A DNA stretch of 64,000 nucleotides from a virus. The stretch's first letter is position 1, and each line of letters begins with the position of its first letter. Below, in pieces: positions 55,891 to 64,000 of this stretch. The translations under genes were made by a program, and so were the position numbers. The DNA is taken from IMG/VR virus record IMGVR_UViG_3300027905_000001, positions 15,362 to 79,361 of that record; one strand, written 5' to 3'. The notes below the pieces were generated by a model. It worked only from the letters and a program-made list of their open reading frames with translations, made no database searches and was not told where the DNA came from.

Positions 55891-56649
55891 TTATTTTGAA
55901 GCGTTATAGTTTTTAAGCACTTCTGATGCGCTTAATGCCCTGTTATACAGACGGTTCATATAAATATTTCCGTACCAAAAATTAGCAGGCCTATCGGCTG
56001 CGTAACCCAAACAATAATTATTAGTTGGAGTAAGAAATGTCCCTGTAGCTAATGCAGACGATATCAATATGCCATTACTATAAATACTCAATGTATTGCC
56101 ATCATAAGTTACAACGATATGTGTCTTGACCCCTGTAATTAAGTTAGCGCCGGATATATTAGTCGCTACACCGTTAGTAAACACTCTTACGGTAGGTACT
56201 AACCCTGATTGTGCCATATAAAGTACAAAACCATTATTGTAATCATAACCTCCGATTGTATCAAAAGCTGCCCCTGATGTTCTCTTCGTGGATAACATAA
56301 TTTCAAATGTAAAAGTTTGAGGCATAGCCGTATTAACAAGAGATGGTATCGGGATGTTGTCGTCTACTCCGTCAAACGCTACACCATTGCCCCCATCTGA
56401 ACCACTTGTCGATGTGTAACCGAAGTTAGCAGGGATGCCGTTGTGGTTATTACCACTGTTATCCACCCATGTAGTAGTTGGTGGGGAGTTTGAAAACGAA
56501 TGACCATCCAACCACAACACCAAACCGTTTGTGACAATAGGTGGTTTTTGGTTTTCTCCAATCAGTCCAAAAAACATATCATCACCCGCCTTACATCGCG
56601 CCAAAGGCGATATTAGCAGTCGTAACAACACCTGTACCGCCAGCATCAA
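55891..56649 (-). CDS. Tail-associated protein with LamG/ConA-like lectin domain
   Basis: VAFDGVDDNIPIP...FTFEIM...HIVVTYDGNTLSIYSNG; likely start ATG 56577. Confidence 0.5.
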   Translation of the reverse strand: MMLAVQVLLRLLISPLARCKAGDDMFFGLIGENQKPPIVTNGLVLWLDGHSFSNSPPTTTWVDNSGNNHNGIPANFGYTSTSGSDGGNGVAFDGVDDNIPIPSLVNTAMPQTFTFEIMLSTKRTSGAAFDTIGGYDYNNGFVLYMAQSGLVPTVRVFTNGVATNISGANLITGVKTHIVVTYDGNTLSIYSNGILISSALATGTFLTPTNNYCLGYAADRPANFWYGNIYMNRLYNRALSASEVLKNYNASK

Positions 56650-57145
56650 TGACGAGAGTTAAGCTATCACCAATAGCGGTCATTTTTACAGGTATTGCAG
56701 ATTCCCACCCACACCTAGTGCCACTACTTGCACCACTGCCGATAACTTCTTTCCAGTTTATAGCCGATCCATCTTTGATTAATGCTTTTATGTCATTTCC
56801 TGCGCTACCTCCTGAGATTACTACCTCAATAGCTGTTACGTAGATGCTTTTACCTGTTACGCTTGCGATTGTAAGAGTTTGCGGAGAGTTTGATGAGCTA
56901 TCTTGAGTTACGCAAGAGACGTTCGTTAAACTCCCAGTAATGGTCATTTGCTGAGGAACAGGCGGTTGCCATGCTGTTCCATCGAAATTCCATGTGCCGC
57001 CTACGCCGTCTAGTACCTTACAGGTTGATCCTGCTTGCAACGGATGCCCATTCGCATCGACAAGAGGCTTAGTGTCTGCCGTATAGCATTCGTAATCACG
57101 CGGATAGAGCACGCCTCCACTACGAACTACTTCAATCACTGCCAT
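56591..57145 (-). CDS. Tail fibre-associated protein
   Basis: Track ORF, context. Confidence 0.4.
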   Translation of the reverse strand: MAVIEVVRSGGVLYPRDYECYTADTKPLVDANGHPLQAGSTCKVLDGVGGTWNFDGTAWQPPVPQQMTITGSLTNVSCVTQDSSSNSPQTLTIASVTGKSIYVTAIEVVISGGSAGNDIKALIKDGSAINWKEVIGSGASSGTRCGWESAIPVKMTAIGDSLTLVIDAGGTGVVTTANIAFGAM

Positions 57146-57191
57146 ATAATCATCTCCTTTTTATCTAGCGTTCGGCACCATCCAAGGTGTT

Positions 57192-58127
57192 CTACCACGT
57201 CACTATAATTGCACCGTTGCCGCCAGCTACCCCATTTGTTCCTACATTGTTATTTTGACCACTCCCACCTTGCCCACCTTCCCCATAAGTATATGCTCCA
57301 TTAGCGGCATTGCCACCTAGGCCGCCTGGTGGAGTGGATACCTGATTGCCTGTTTGTCCTTGCGTAATGAGTGGGGCACCCAAACCTAGTCCGCCCACAC
57401 CTGCCGTGGATGCCGCGCCTGCCCCTGGAAGTGATTGATTTCCCCCATACGCAGTGAAGGTCAAGAAAGTTGTGCTCCCTCCAACTCCCCCAGCTGCCCC
57501 GATCCCTGTCGAGCTACCATTTCCTGCCGTTCCTCCCGCTCCAATGACACCAGTTATTACCTGTAGTGGCGTTACATGTAGCCATCCAGCCACGTAGCCC
57601 CCAGCGCCTGCTCCAGCTGCGCCCTGTGCGTATATTCCGCCTGTTGCTCCTGCCCCGCCACCTCCGCCACCGATGAGTTCAACATAAATGCAAACAATCC
57701 CGAGAGGCACGATAAATATTCCAGTAGAAGTAATTATTTGATACCCTGTATTCCCTGGCTTCGCCCATGTTCCGGGTGTTCCTGCCGTGACGCATATCCA
57801 AATAAATCCGGATTGATCGATCGCCCAGTCCCCAACTAAGAATGTTCCCGTTGTCGGCGCTCCGCTTGTAGTAGCTCCAACATATCGGCTTGTTGCCGTT
57901 GCGCCTGCTATCCCAACTGTGGAAATAGGACCGGTTATATTCCCTTCGTCAAGTGCCGCTATCCCTGATTCGATATTGTTCATATGCGCCGCTGTAAATT
58001 GCGTCCCTGCCTGTGTCGGGCTGTCATTCAGAGATAGAATTACATTGCCAGGTACACTTCCAGTTGCCGTAAATTGTCCAGGATTTGCTGATATTCTATC
58101 GAGCCAATTGGTAGGGTTATAACTCAT
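57192..58127 (-). CDS. Glycine-rich tail fibre protein
   Basis: Long GGxGxxG tracts. Confidence 0.55.
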   Translation of the reverse strand: MSYNPTNWLDRISANPGQFTATGSVPGNVILSLNDSPTQAGTQFTAAHMNNIESGIAALDEGNITGPISTVGIAGATATSRYVGATTSGAPTTGTFLVGDWAIDQSGFIWICVTAGTPGTWAKPGNTGYQIITSTGIFIVPLGIVCIYVELIGGGGGGAGATGGIYAQGAAGAGAGGYVAGWLHVTPLQVITGVIGAGGTAGNGSSTGIGAAGGVGGSTTFLTFTAYGGNQSLPGAGAASTAGVGGLGLGAPLITQGQTGNQVSTPPGGLGGNAANGAYTYGEGGQGGSGQNNNVGTNGVAGGNGAIIVTW

Positions 58128-58139
58128 ATCTTCTCCTTT

Positions 58140-58622
58140 CTAGTTGTGCCAACCCAAACCGCATATAGCTAAGTTCTGACCGCAGAATAGGGATTCCACC
58201 ATTGCGCCGGTCACTAAGTTATAAAGGGCCAACTCGTTTCCTTCAATTCGATTTGTGTCTACGTAAGAAAAGGGTTGATTAAACGTCCAAGTTGTTTTAG
58301 GTGTAATCCATCCAGGAGGAGCAATTCCATAGCAGTTAAAAAGCGCCAAGATATTACCCTCGATTCGGTTTAGGGAATCGTAGAAGTCGAGAGTGCTTCC
58401 GTCTGTGCGATTGGTTATCGTTGTTAGATTTAAAGTGTAGCCTCGTTTTTGCAGGAGTGCCGCGATAGAGACAATATTACTTTCTATATAATTCCAGTCG
58501 GAGTAGTTGAAATAATCTTGAGCCGTCCAAGGAGTGCCGGGAACGTGTCCTCCTCCTCCTACTGATAGTACTGCATCTAATTGAGTTGTGTTTAATTGAG
58601 ATGTGTTTAGCACTTGTCCCAC
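58140..58622 (-). CDS. Tail fibre-associated protein
   Basis: Track ORF, context. Confidence 0.4.
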   Translation of the reverse strand: MGQVLNTSQLNTTQLDAVLSVGGGGHVPGTPWTAQDYFNYSDWNYIESNIVSIAALLQKRGYTLNLTTITNRTDGSTLDFYDSLNRIEGNILALFNCYGIAPPGWITPKTTWTFNQPFSYVDTNRIEGNELALYNLVTGAMVESLFCGQNLAICGLGWHN

Positions 58623-58634
58623 CTCGCACGAACG

Positions 58635-59969
58635 CTAATAAGTAGTAACCCCGTTGTTACCGCAATTACCTATTACCTCATAGTTGGTAACAGAACCACT
58701 GGCCATTGCGACTGGAGTAGCGCCTGTATATCCATTAAAACTGTTGCCTATAATAGTTACTCCAACTACATTTGTAAGATTAACCGCGTATCGGACATCG
58801 TTACTCGAATTGTCCTTATACATTTGATTGCCCGAAATAACTATTTCAGTGGAAGTATCCGTGAGCGATGCCGCCGCAATGTAAATCAAGTCATAAACCG
58901 CTCCAGACGTTCCACAATTCCTGATTATGTTATTTACAAATGATATTTTATGATTAGTGGCACCTGCCCAAGCGCCGATAGGTAAGTATATTGAATGTTG
59001 CTGTGCATTTTCAAAAATATTATTGGCAAATAGTAGGCAAGTAGCCCCATTTTGGATTAACAAATTATTGACTGGATTGCCATCGAAATGATTTCCAATA
59101 AACCTGCACGACCCGCCTTGGATACTAAGATTTGCGCCTGAAGATCCTATATTATTGTAGCAAAACCAAGAATCAGTAGTTCTGTATCCCCACAAAACCC
59201 CTTCGAGCGTACTAGCCTCGAAATTACAATATTGGATTCTGTTTAAATAACCGAGGTTGTTTGACGCGGTAGCATCCCAATTTAGCAACAGACTATGAAC
59301 CGTACCTTGAGTAGTAACGTTGTTAACAGTAGATTGAGACATTGTTAGGTATAGAGCAACGCCGCCATTAACAAAGGTATTGACACCGTTATTCATGTTA
59401 ATTACAAAGTTAAGCATTGCCGCATTAATCATCATAGCCGTATTCTGAAATGCGTTTATGTCTCCTACGGCTAAAAATACAGTTGCCGTTCCTGAACCCT
59501 CAAGGACTATATTTGACATCATATTAATGGGAGCGTGCAAGTTAATTGTTCCATCTAGAAAAAATAACTTACCGCCATTAGTAAGCGAACTAATAATGCC
59601 ATTAATCACAGCGGTGTCAGTTGTACCATCTAAAATGTAGTTAGCCCTACTCTTCTGCAAAGAATTAGAAGGAGCGATAAGTATCGCCCCTCCGTTCTGT
59701 AATTCTAAAATATGGCCTGATGTTAATAATAATTGAACCTTCGTTCCACTGGCAAACGTTTGCGCCGCGGTGCCCTGTTGCGCACGATTAATCCCCGTTG
59801 CTGTTACCTCGACTATCTCACAGGCGCTAGGGCTGTTAAGCGGGTCTACCCCAATGGTTAGATAGTAGGGATACGCTAAGGAAGGGCTTGTTGTCAGCGT
59901 CAAGGTCGTCTGTGATGAAGTCATAGCGGAGGATAGAGTTGTTGAAAAGTTGTTGGCTACTGAATGCAC
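58635..59969 (-). CDS. Tailspike-like protein with right-handed beta-helix (pectate-lyase fold) pattern
   Basis: Periodic N/G/I-rich repeats (NNIIRNCGTSG, IGNSFNGYTG). Confidence 0.6.
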   Translation of the reverse strand: MHSVANNFSTTLSSAMTSSQTTLTLTTSPSLAYPYYLTIGVDPLNSPSACEIVEVTATGINRAQQGTAAQTFASGTKVQLLLTSGHILELQNGGAILIAPSNSLQKSRANYILDGTTDTAVINGIISSLTNGGKLFFLDGTINLHAPINMMSNIVLEGSGTATVFLAVGDINAFQNTAMMINAAMLNFVINMNNGVNTFVNGGVALYLTMSQSTVNNVTTQGTVHSLLLNWDATASNNLGYLNRIQYCNFEASTLEGVLWGYRTTDSWFCYNNIGSSGANLSIQGGSCRFIGNHFDGNPVNNLLIQNGATCLLFANNIFENAQQHSIYLPIGAWAGATNHKISFVNNIIRNCGTSGAVYDLIYIAAASLTDTSTEIVISGNQMYKDNSSNDVRYAVNLTNVVGVTIIGNSFNGYTGATPVAMASGSVTNYEVIGNCGNNGVTTY

Positions 59970-59987
59970 TTCGTCACCTCATCCTGA

Positions 59988-60440
59988 TTAAGTTAGCGTT
60001 ACGGTAAGTTGACCAGCGTTGAAGGTTAGAGTTTCGCCTGTTGTTATGGTTGTTGAAGACAGGGTAGAGTTCACTTGGCCAAAAGCAATCAACGTACCCG
60101 TACTAAATATTCCCCAATACGTAACAGGAGCATTCCAGTTCGAAGTGGCAACAGGGAAACTGATAGCGTTTTTGTTTGATACACTAGCGGGACTTACCGG
60201 ATTACCGCCAGTCCAATTTGGGTTCCAATTTGCTTGAGTGCCTGGGCAAGATACTCTGGCATAACCGCCCGTAGTTGGTTCGTTGAAATTCCAAGCTTCG
60301 TAAGTCGGTACTGGTGTTGTGGTTGATAGTGCTATACATAGAGTGGGTGGTGTTAAGGTAAACTCTTCAGCGTATATAACATTATCACTATTAAAAAATG
60401 ACCCCAAAAACATAACATCCAAGGTGGCTGCAAAGCCCAT
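59988..60440 (-). CDS. Tail fibre-like protein
   Basis: ATG after AAGAAGGGGTG. Confidence 0.45.
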   Translation of the reverse strand: MGFAATLDVMFLGSFFNSDNVIYAEEFTLTPPTLCIALSTTTPVPTYEAWNFNEPTTGGYARVSCPGTQANWNPNWTGGNPVSPASVSNKNAISFPVATSNWNAPVTYWGIFSTGTLIAFGQVNSTLSSTTITTGETLTFNAGQLTVTLT

Positions 60441-60659
60441 TTAATTTCACCCCTTCTTAATTAAATCGTTGATCCTGAATTCGTTAGGCTACTCACGGAA
60501 TTAATTGACCCCGATCCGTAGACGGTTGAATATACCACAGGCGCGGTAACCGTAACTAAACAAGCACCTGCGTAACCACCATCAAAAGTATGAACGCCAA
60601 CTGATACGACCCCGGCACTAACCGCTGCAAAATGGCATTTATATACATCCTTTCTTGGA
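60441..60659 (-). other. Non-initiated coding relic: extra Big_2 C-terminus plus YGSGSINSVSSLTNSGS repeat in +1 frame
   Basis: Translates to ...HTFDGGYAGACLVTVTAPVVYSTVYGSGSINSVSSLTNSGSTI, matching internal repeats of the 1041-aa protein. Confidence 0.5.
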
Positions 60660-63600
60660 CTAAATTACTGTAACGGTAGTTCCCGCGGAGGGACTTCCTC
60701 CATAGGCTAGTACGTATACAAAACAATAAGCTCCGCTAGTTCCAACAGCGGTTATCAATCCCGTACTCGACACCGTTGCTATGGATGTATTCGAGCTTAA
60801 ATAGGTTACATTTTGATTAGTGGCATAGGTAGGGGCTATGGCATAGGTCATTTGACTTGTACTTCCATAGGAGAGGCTAATATTTGAAGATGAGGTAAGG
60901 GTTATCCCTGTTACTTGAGCACCTACATTTGCCGAACTAGAAGCAGTATATCCTCCGTCTGAGGTTCTAACCGTTATTGAAGGAATACCTGTCTTACCTC
61001 CTACTGCTGTCACGAATCCTGTGCTTGATACTGTTGCCACAGTAGTATCTGTACTCGACCACGTCACGCTTTGATTTGTAGCGTTCGACGGGGATACTGT
61101 AGCTGTATACTGCCCTGTGTTCGGACTACCGTTACACACTAGATTGATATTGGAAGGACTTATGGTTACTCCCGTTACTGAAATAGTAGCCGCACTGACC
61201 GTAACATAGCAATTGCTATTAAATCCACCATCATATGATCTTACATATACATTTACGGAGCCGGGGCTTACAGCCGTTATTAATCCTGAGCTGGATACAG
61301 AAGCTATGGCTGAATTATCAGTAGTGTAATAAACCGAAGGATTGGTTGCGTTAGAGGGTGTTAAGGTGTAATAAAGCTGCTGTGTTCCCCCGACAGTTAG
61401 ATTCGCAGATCCCGGGGTTACGCTTACCCATGTTACTGGAATGTTTATACTAGAGCCTGAATTTGATAGAGAACCAAAGGAAGATATTGAACCCGAACCG
61501 TAAACAGGTACTACAGCCGCGCTCACAGTAACATAACAATTACAATTAAATCCGCCATCATTAGCCCTCGCATACACATTTACCGAACCAGTTCCAACAG
61601 CGGTTATCAATCCCGTACTCGATACCGTTGCTATAGCTGAATTATCGGTTGTATAGTATATAGTTGGGTTAGTTGCATTAGATGGAGTAACCGTAGTTGT
61701 TAGTTGCTGAGTGCCCCCTACTGTAAGATTTGAAGTAGCTGGAGTTACCGTAACACCTGTAACATGGATATTGGTCGATATGCTAGAACCGCTGTTAGTT
61801 AAACTACCCACGGAACTAATGGAGCCAGAACCATATACCGTACTACTGGCGCCGTTATCAACTAAACTACTCACGGCGCTAATTGATCCTGATCCATATA
61901 CCACGTTACCCGCTCCGTTATCAACCAAACTGCTAGTTGAGCTTATTGAACCTGATCCATTAATAGTCCTAGCTCCCCATCCCTTACCGTTTAGCGTCCC
62001 TGACAGAGTTCCGTTAAACCTAAATTCCTGCCGAATAATCTTCGCTTGCTTCTGAGCTGTTGCATATTGCGAATCCCAAAACATTACGTCTCCGCACTCA
62101 AGGGATGGGTCCATCCAGCTTTCAACTTCGTACAGATAAACATTACTACATTCGGCGGCATACCAATTTAGTATATTTGTCGCCATGGTTGCATCTGTGA
62201 CAAGAGGGTTATCGAGATCAACTTCATTACTGGGTTGGCTTCCCGAATTATTGACAATTTGCTGAATGGATGTACCCGTGATCGTAAGTCCTGAAATGGA
62301 TATACCGACTGAACCGGACCCGGTTATAGTTAACTGGGCTGCATTGGCGTAATACGTGGCGCCTACAAGCGTTCCGCCCGTTATCGTACAGTTGCCAGGC
62401 TCCGCACATGACGCAGGAGTAGCAGGAGTGGTATAAGTTACCCATGTTGTGATAGTGCTGTTAACTGTCACGTTGCCCGTATAAACATTACTTACTGCAC
62501 TATCCACAGTGTTCGAGTAGATATTCAGCGTAAAGTAATTGTAAGGGTCCTGAATTGCAATCTTGGGATAGGTTTCTTGCATAGACAACGTTAGTTCTTC
62601 TGTGTAAGGCATCGTATTTAATGGCATCTGACTTGCCGATTGTCTAATATGCAGGACATTGTACCTATCCACATAAACAACCGCCATGCCCGCCTGAGCA
62701 ATATACATTAAGGCGTCATGGTGAGACATAGCCGATAGCACTCCGCTCGTACTGATACCTTGTAGTGCCGTGTCGATCTGATAGGCTATTTTCATGCCCG
62801 CCTGAGACTGAAAATCCGTAATTACTGCCACGGCTAATGCATAAAGCGTTATGGGGCTGCCTGTGTATCCAAAGGCATAATAGGTTGTTCCATCGGCAAT
62901 GTCGAGCAGGTCCCTTGCGTAGAGGGTCGATGATAGATAGTTGGCATCGTTTAACCAGTTATATAGATAGAAAGTACCCAATGGCACTGTCTCTGTTGCT
63001 CCATTGGCGTATATGAGGTTAAGCGATGGTTTAAGAGGCTGTTTCTTCTGCAAATTACCAAGATAGAGATTGAAATTATTTAAGTTGTTGGCAATGCTCG
63101 CATGAGCCTCTTTAGGCGGAGCGCTGTTGCCTAATGGGTCAAGTTCTTCTAACACATCAAGATCAAAGAGGTTGTTGCCTGTCCAGAGAAATTGTTCTCC
63201 GAATAATACCTCGGATAAATGTACACGGCGCAAGGGAGCGTTCGTGCTGTTAAAAGTAATAACTACTTGAACGATGTTATTAAGTTGTTGCGAGAAGAAG
63301 TAGTTCGCCGATGTTGGATTGACGTTATAGGTGACTTGATTAGAGCTACTATCGGTAGTCACAATCTGAATTGAATTGCAATAATCCCCAGTGAGTGGGG
63401 AAAACACGAAGGTTAGCCCAAGGCTTGTAAACGGCGCTGATTGCGTCAAGGTAAGCACTGGAGGTGTGGCGAAGTTACCGTTTGCATCCGAGAGGACCGC
63501 GCTCCACCATCCGACCGAATCCGATGTATCAACATCTGTCGGCTTTGGGGGCGTAAAAAAACTACCGTCCAAAAGGAGGTAGTTGTTCTCTTCACTCATA

Positions 63601-63785
63601 TATTTACGGATTTGAGATAGGCCATCTGTGACTTCTGCAACGCCTCCTACGCCCGCTATTGATGTGGCTGTTGGTGTGCAGTTATTTTGTGCTGCCACAT
63701 CCACCATGTCGAATTCAACGAGCGCCGACATTGTGCGTGGGAAAGCAGAAATAGAGTTGTTGAAGTTTTGAGATACGTTTAGCAC
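60660..63785 (-). CDS. Large tail protein (receptor-binding / host-specificity candidate) with four Big_2 domains
   Basis: 1041 aa; four Big_2-like units (TVGGTQQL...TPSNATNP...DNSAIATVSS.GLITAV); tandem YGSGSISS repeats. Confidence 0.65.
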   Translation of the reverse strand: MLNVSQNFNNSISAFPRTMSALVEFDMVDVAAQNNCTPTATSIAGVGGVAEVTDGLSQIRKYMSEENNYLLLDGSFFTPPKPTDVDTSDSVGWWSAVLSDANGNFATPPVLTLTQSAPFTSLGLTFVFSPLTGDYCNSIQIVTTDSSSNQVTYNVNPTSANYFFSQQLNNIVQVVITFNSTNAPLRRVHLSEVLFGEQFLWTGNNLFDLDVLEELDPLGNSAPPKEAHASIANNLNNFNLYLGNLQKKQPLKPSLNLIYANGATETVPLGTFYLYNWLNDANYLSSTLYARDLLDIADGTTYYAFGYTGSPITLYALAVAVITDFQSQAGMKIAYQIDTALQGISTSGVLSAMSHHDALMYIAQAGMAVVYVDRYNVLHIRQSASQMPLNTMPYTEELTLSMQETYPKIAIQDPYNYFTLNIYSNTVDSAVSNVYTGNVTVNSTITTWVTYTTPATPASCAEPGNCTITGGTLVGATYYANAAQLTITGSGSVGISISGLTITGTSIQQIVNNSGSQPSNEVDLDNPLVTDATMATNILNWYAAECSNVYLYEVESWMDPSLECGDVMFWDSQYATAQKQAKIIRQEFRFNGTLSGTLNGKGWGARTINGSGSISSTSSLVDNGAGNVVYGSGSISAVSSLVDNGASSTVYGSGSISSVGSLTNSGSSISTNIHVTGVTVTPATSNLTVGGTQQLTTTVTPSNATNPTIYYTTDNSAIATVSSTGLITAVGTGSVNVYARANDGGFNCNCYVTVSAAVVPVYGSGSISSFGSLSNSGSSINIPVTWVSVTPGSANLTVGGTQQLYYTLTPSNATNPSVYYTTDNSAIASVSSSGLITAVSPGSVNVYVRSYDGGFNSNCYVTVSAATISVTGVTISPSNINLVCNGSPNTGQYTATVSPSNATNQSVTWSSTDTTVATVSSTGFVTAVGGKTGIPSITVRTSDGGYTASSSANVGAQVTGITLTSSSNISLSYGSTSQMTYAIAPTYATNQNVTYLSSNTSIATVSSTGLITAVGTSGAYCFVYVLAYGGSPSAGTTVTVI

Positions 63786-63814
63786 CTATTCACCTTCTCT
63801 CACCACCTCCTATT

Positions 63815-64000
63815 TTATATCTCAATCAGATCACATTTTATCTGCTGGAAAGTGACTACTTGATAAGCGTCGATTTTAACGTCCTCATAAGTTATATCTC
63901 CAGCATAGAATTGTCCTGTGTAACTTCCTCCACTTACACCTGGGTCAAGGATCGTTGCGGTGAATTGGGGAGTGCTGGATTTTACGAGCGCGATCATGGA
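63815..64000 (-). CDS. Structural-module ORF, possibly 5'-truncated by window edge
   Basis: Track ORF 63815-63997; frame open to window end. Confidence 0.3.
   Translation of the reverse strand, partial: SMIALVKSSTPQFTATILDPGVSGGSYTGQFYAGDITYEDVKIDAYQVVTFQQIKCDLIEI

Larger units (their letters stand above)
1..64000. mobile_element. Temperate phage / prophage-like DNA; possibly two phage modules plus an accessory island
   Basis: Phage hallmark genes throughout (TerS, Rha antirepressors, CI/Cro-like pair, serine integrase, RecT, SSB, holin, lysin, tail fibre); no host housekeeping genes recognised. Confidence 0.8.

Overview
The window reads as temperate-phage/prophage DNA of a Firmicutes-type host; I recognised no host housekeeping genes, rRNA, tRNA or CRISPR array. 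Every call is from reading the sequence and ORF track by eye, with no searches run. Layout: (1) 1-4769, minus strand: small terminase subunit (TerS), an HNH endonuclease and Cys-rich/membrane proteins, with no large terminase in the window. (2) 4813-10021, plus strand: a promoter-driven accessory module of unknown genes. (3) 10060-11070: a GC-rich non-coding region with direct repeats, then five iteron-like palindromic repeats. (4) 11343-37002, minus strand: early/replication/recombination block (RecU, SSB, DnaD/DnaC-like, RecT, SbcC-like ATPase, two DNA methyltransferases, MazG-like, a coupled radical-SAM plus deaminase pair, three HNH homing endonucleases, two Rha antirepressors). (5) 37193-39515: immunity switch (Cro-like / CI-like HTH pair with a repeated operator motif) coupled to a large serine recombinase. 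(6) 40195-45693, plus strand: an island with an FtsK/SpoIIIE-like ATPase, a replication-relaxation-like protein and a promoter embedded in a perfect 22-bp palindrome. (7) 45801-48597, minus strand: Cys-rich proteins, a PP-loop ATPase-like ORF and a DUF559-type endonuclease. (8) 49300-64000, minus strand: lysis cassette (LL-H-type holin, lysin candidates, a DUF2829 Tad2-like ORF) and tail-fibre/tailspike genes, interrupted by a small plus-strand moron module. The best candidates for something undescribed are the coupled radical-SAM/deaminase pair, the FtsK island with its palindromic operator, the paralogous antisense ribbon-helix-helix genes and the DUF2829 pair. Several genes look frameshifted (ssb in an A8 run, an HTH-repeat gene, a DnaC-like ORF with no canonical start), so homopolymer sequencing errors should be ruled out first.
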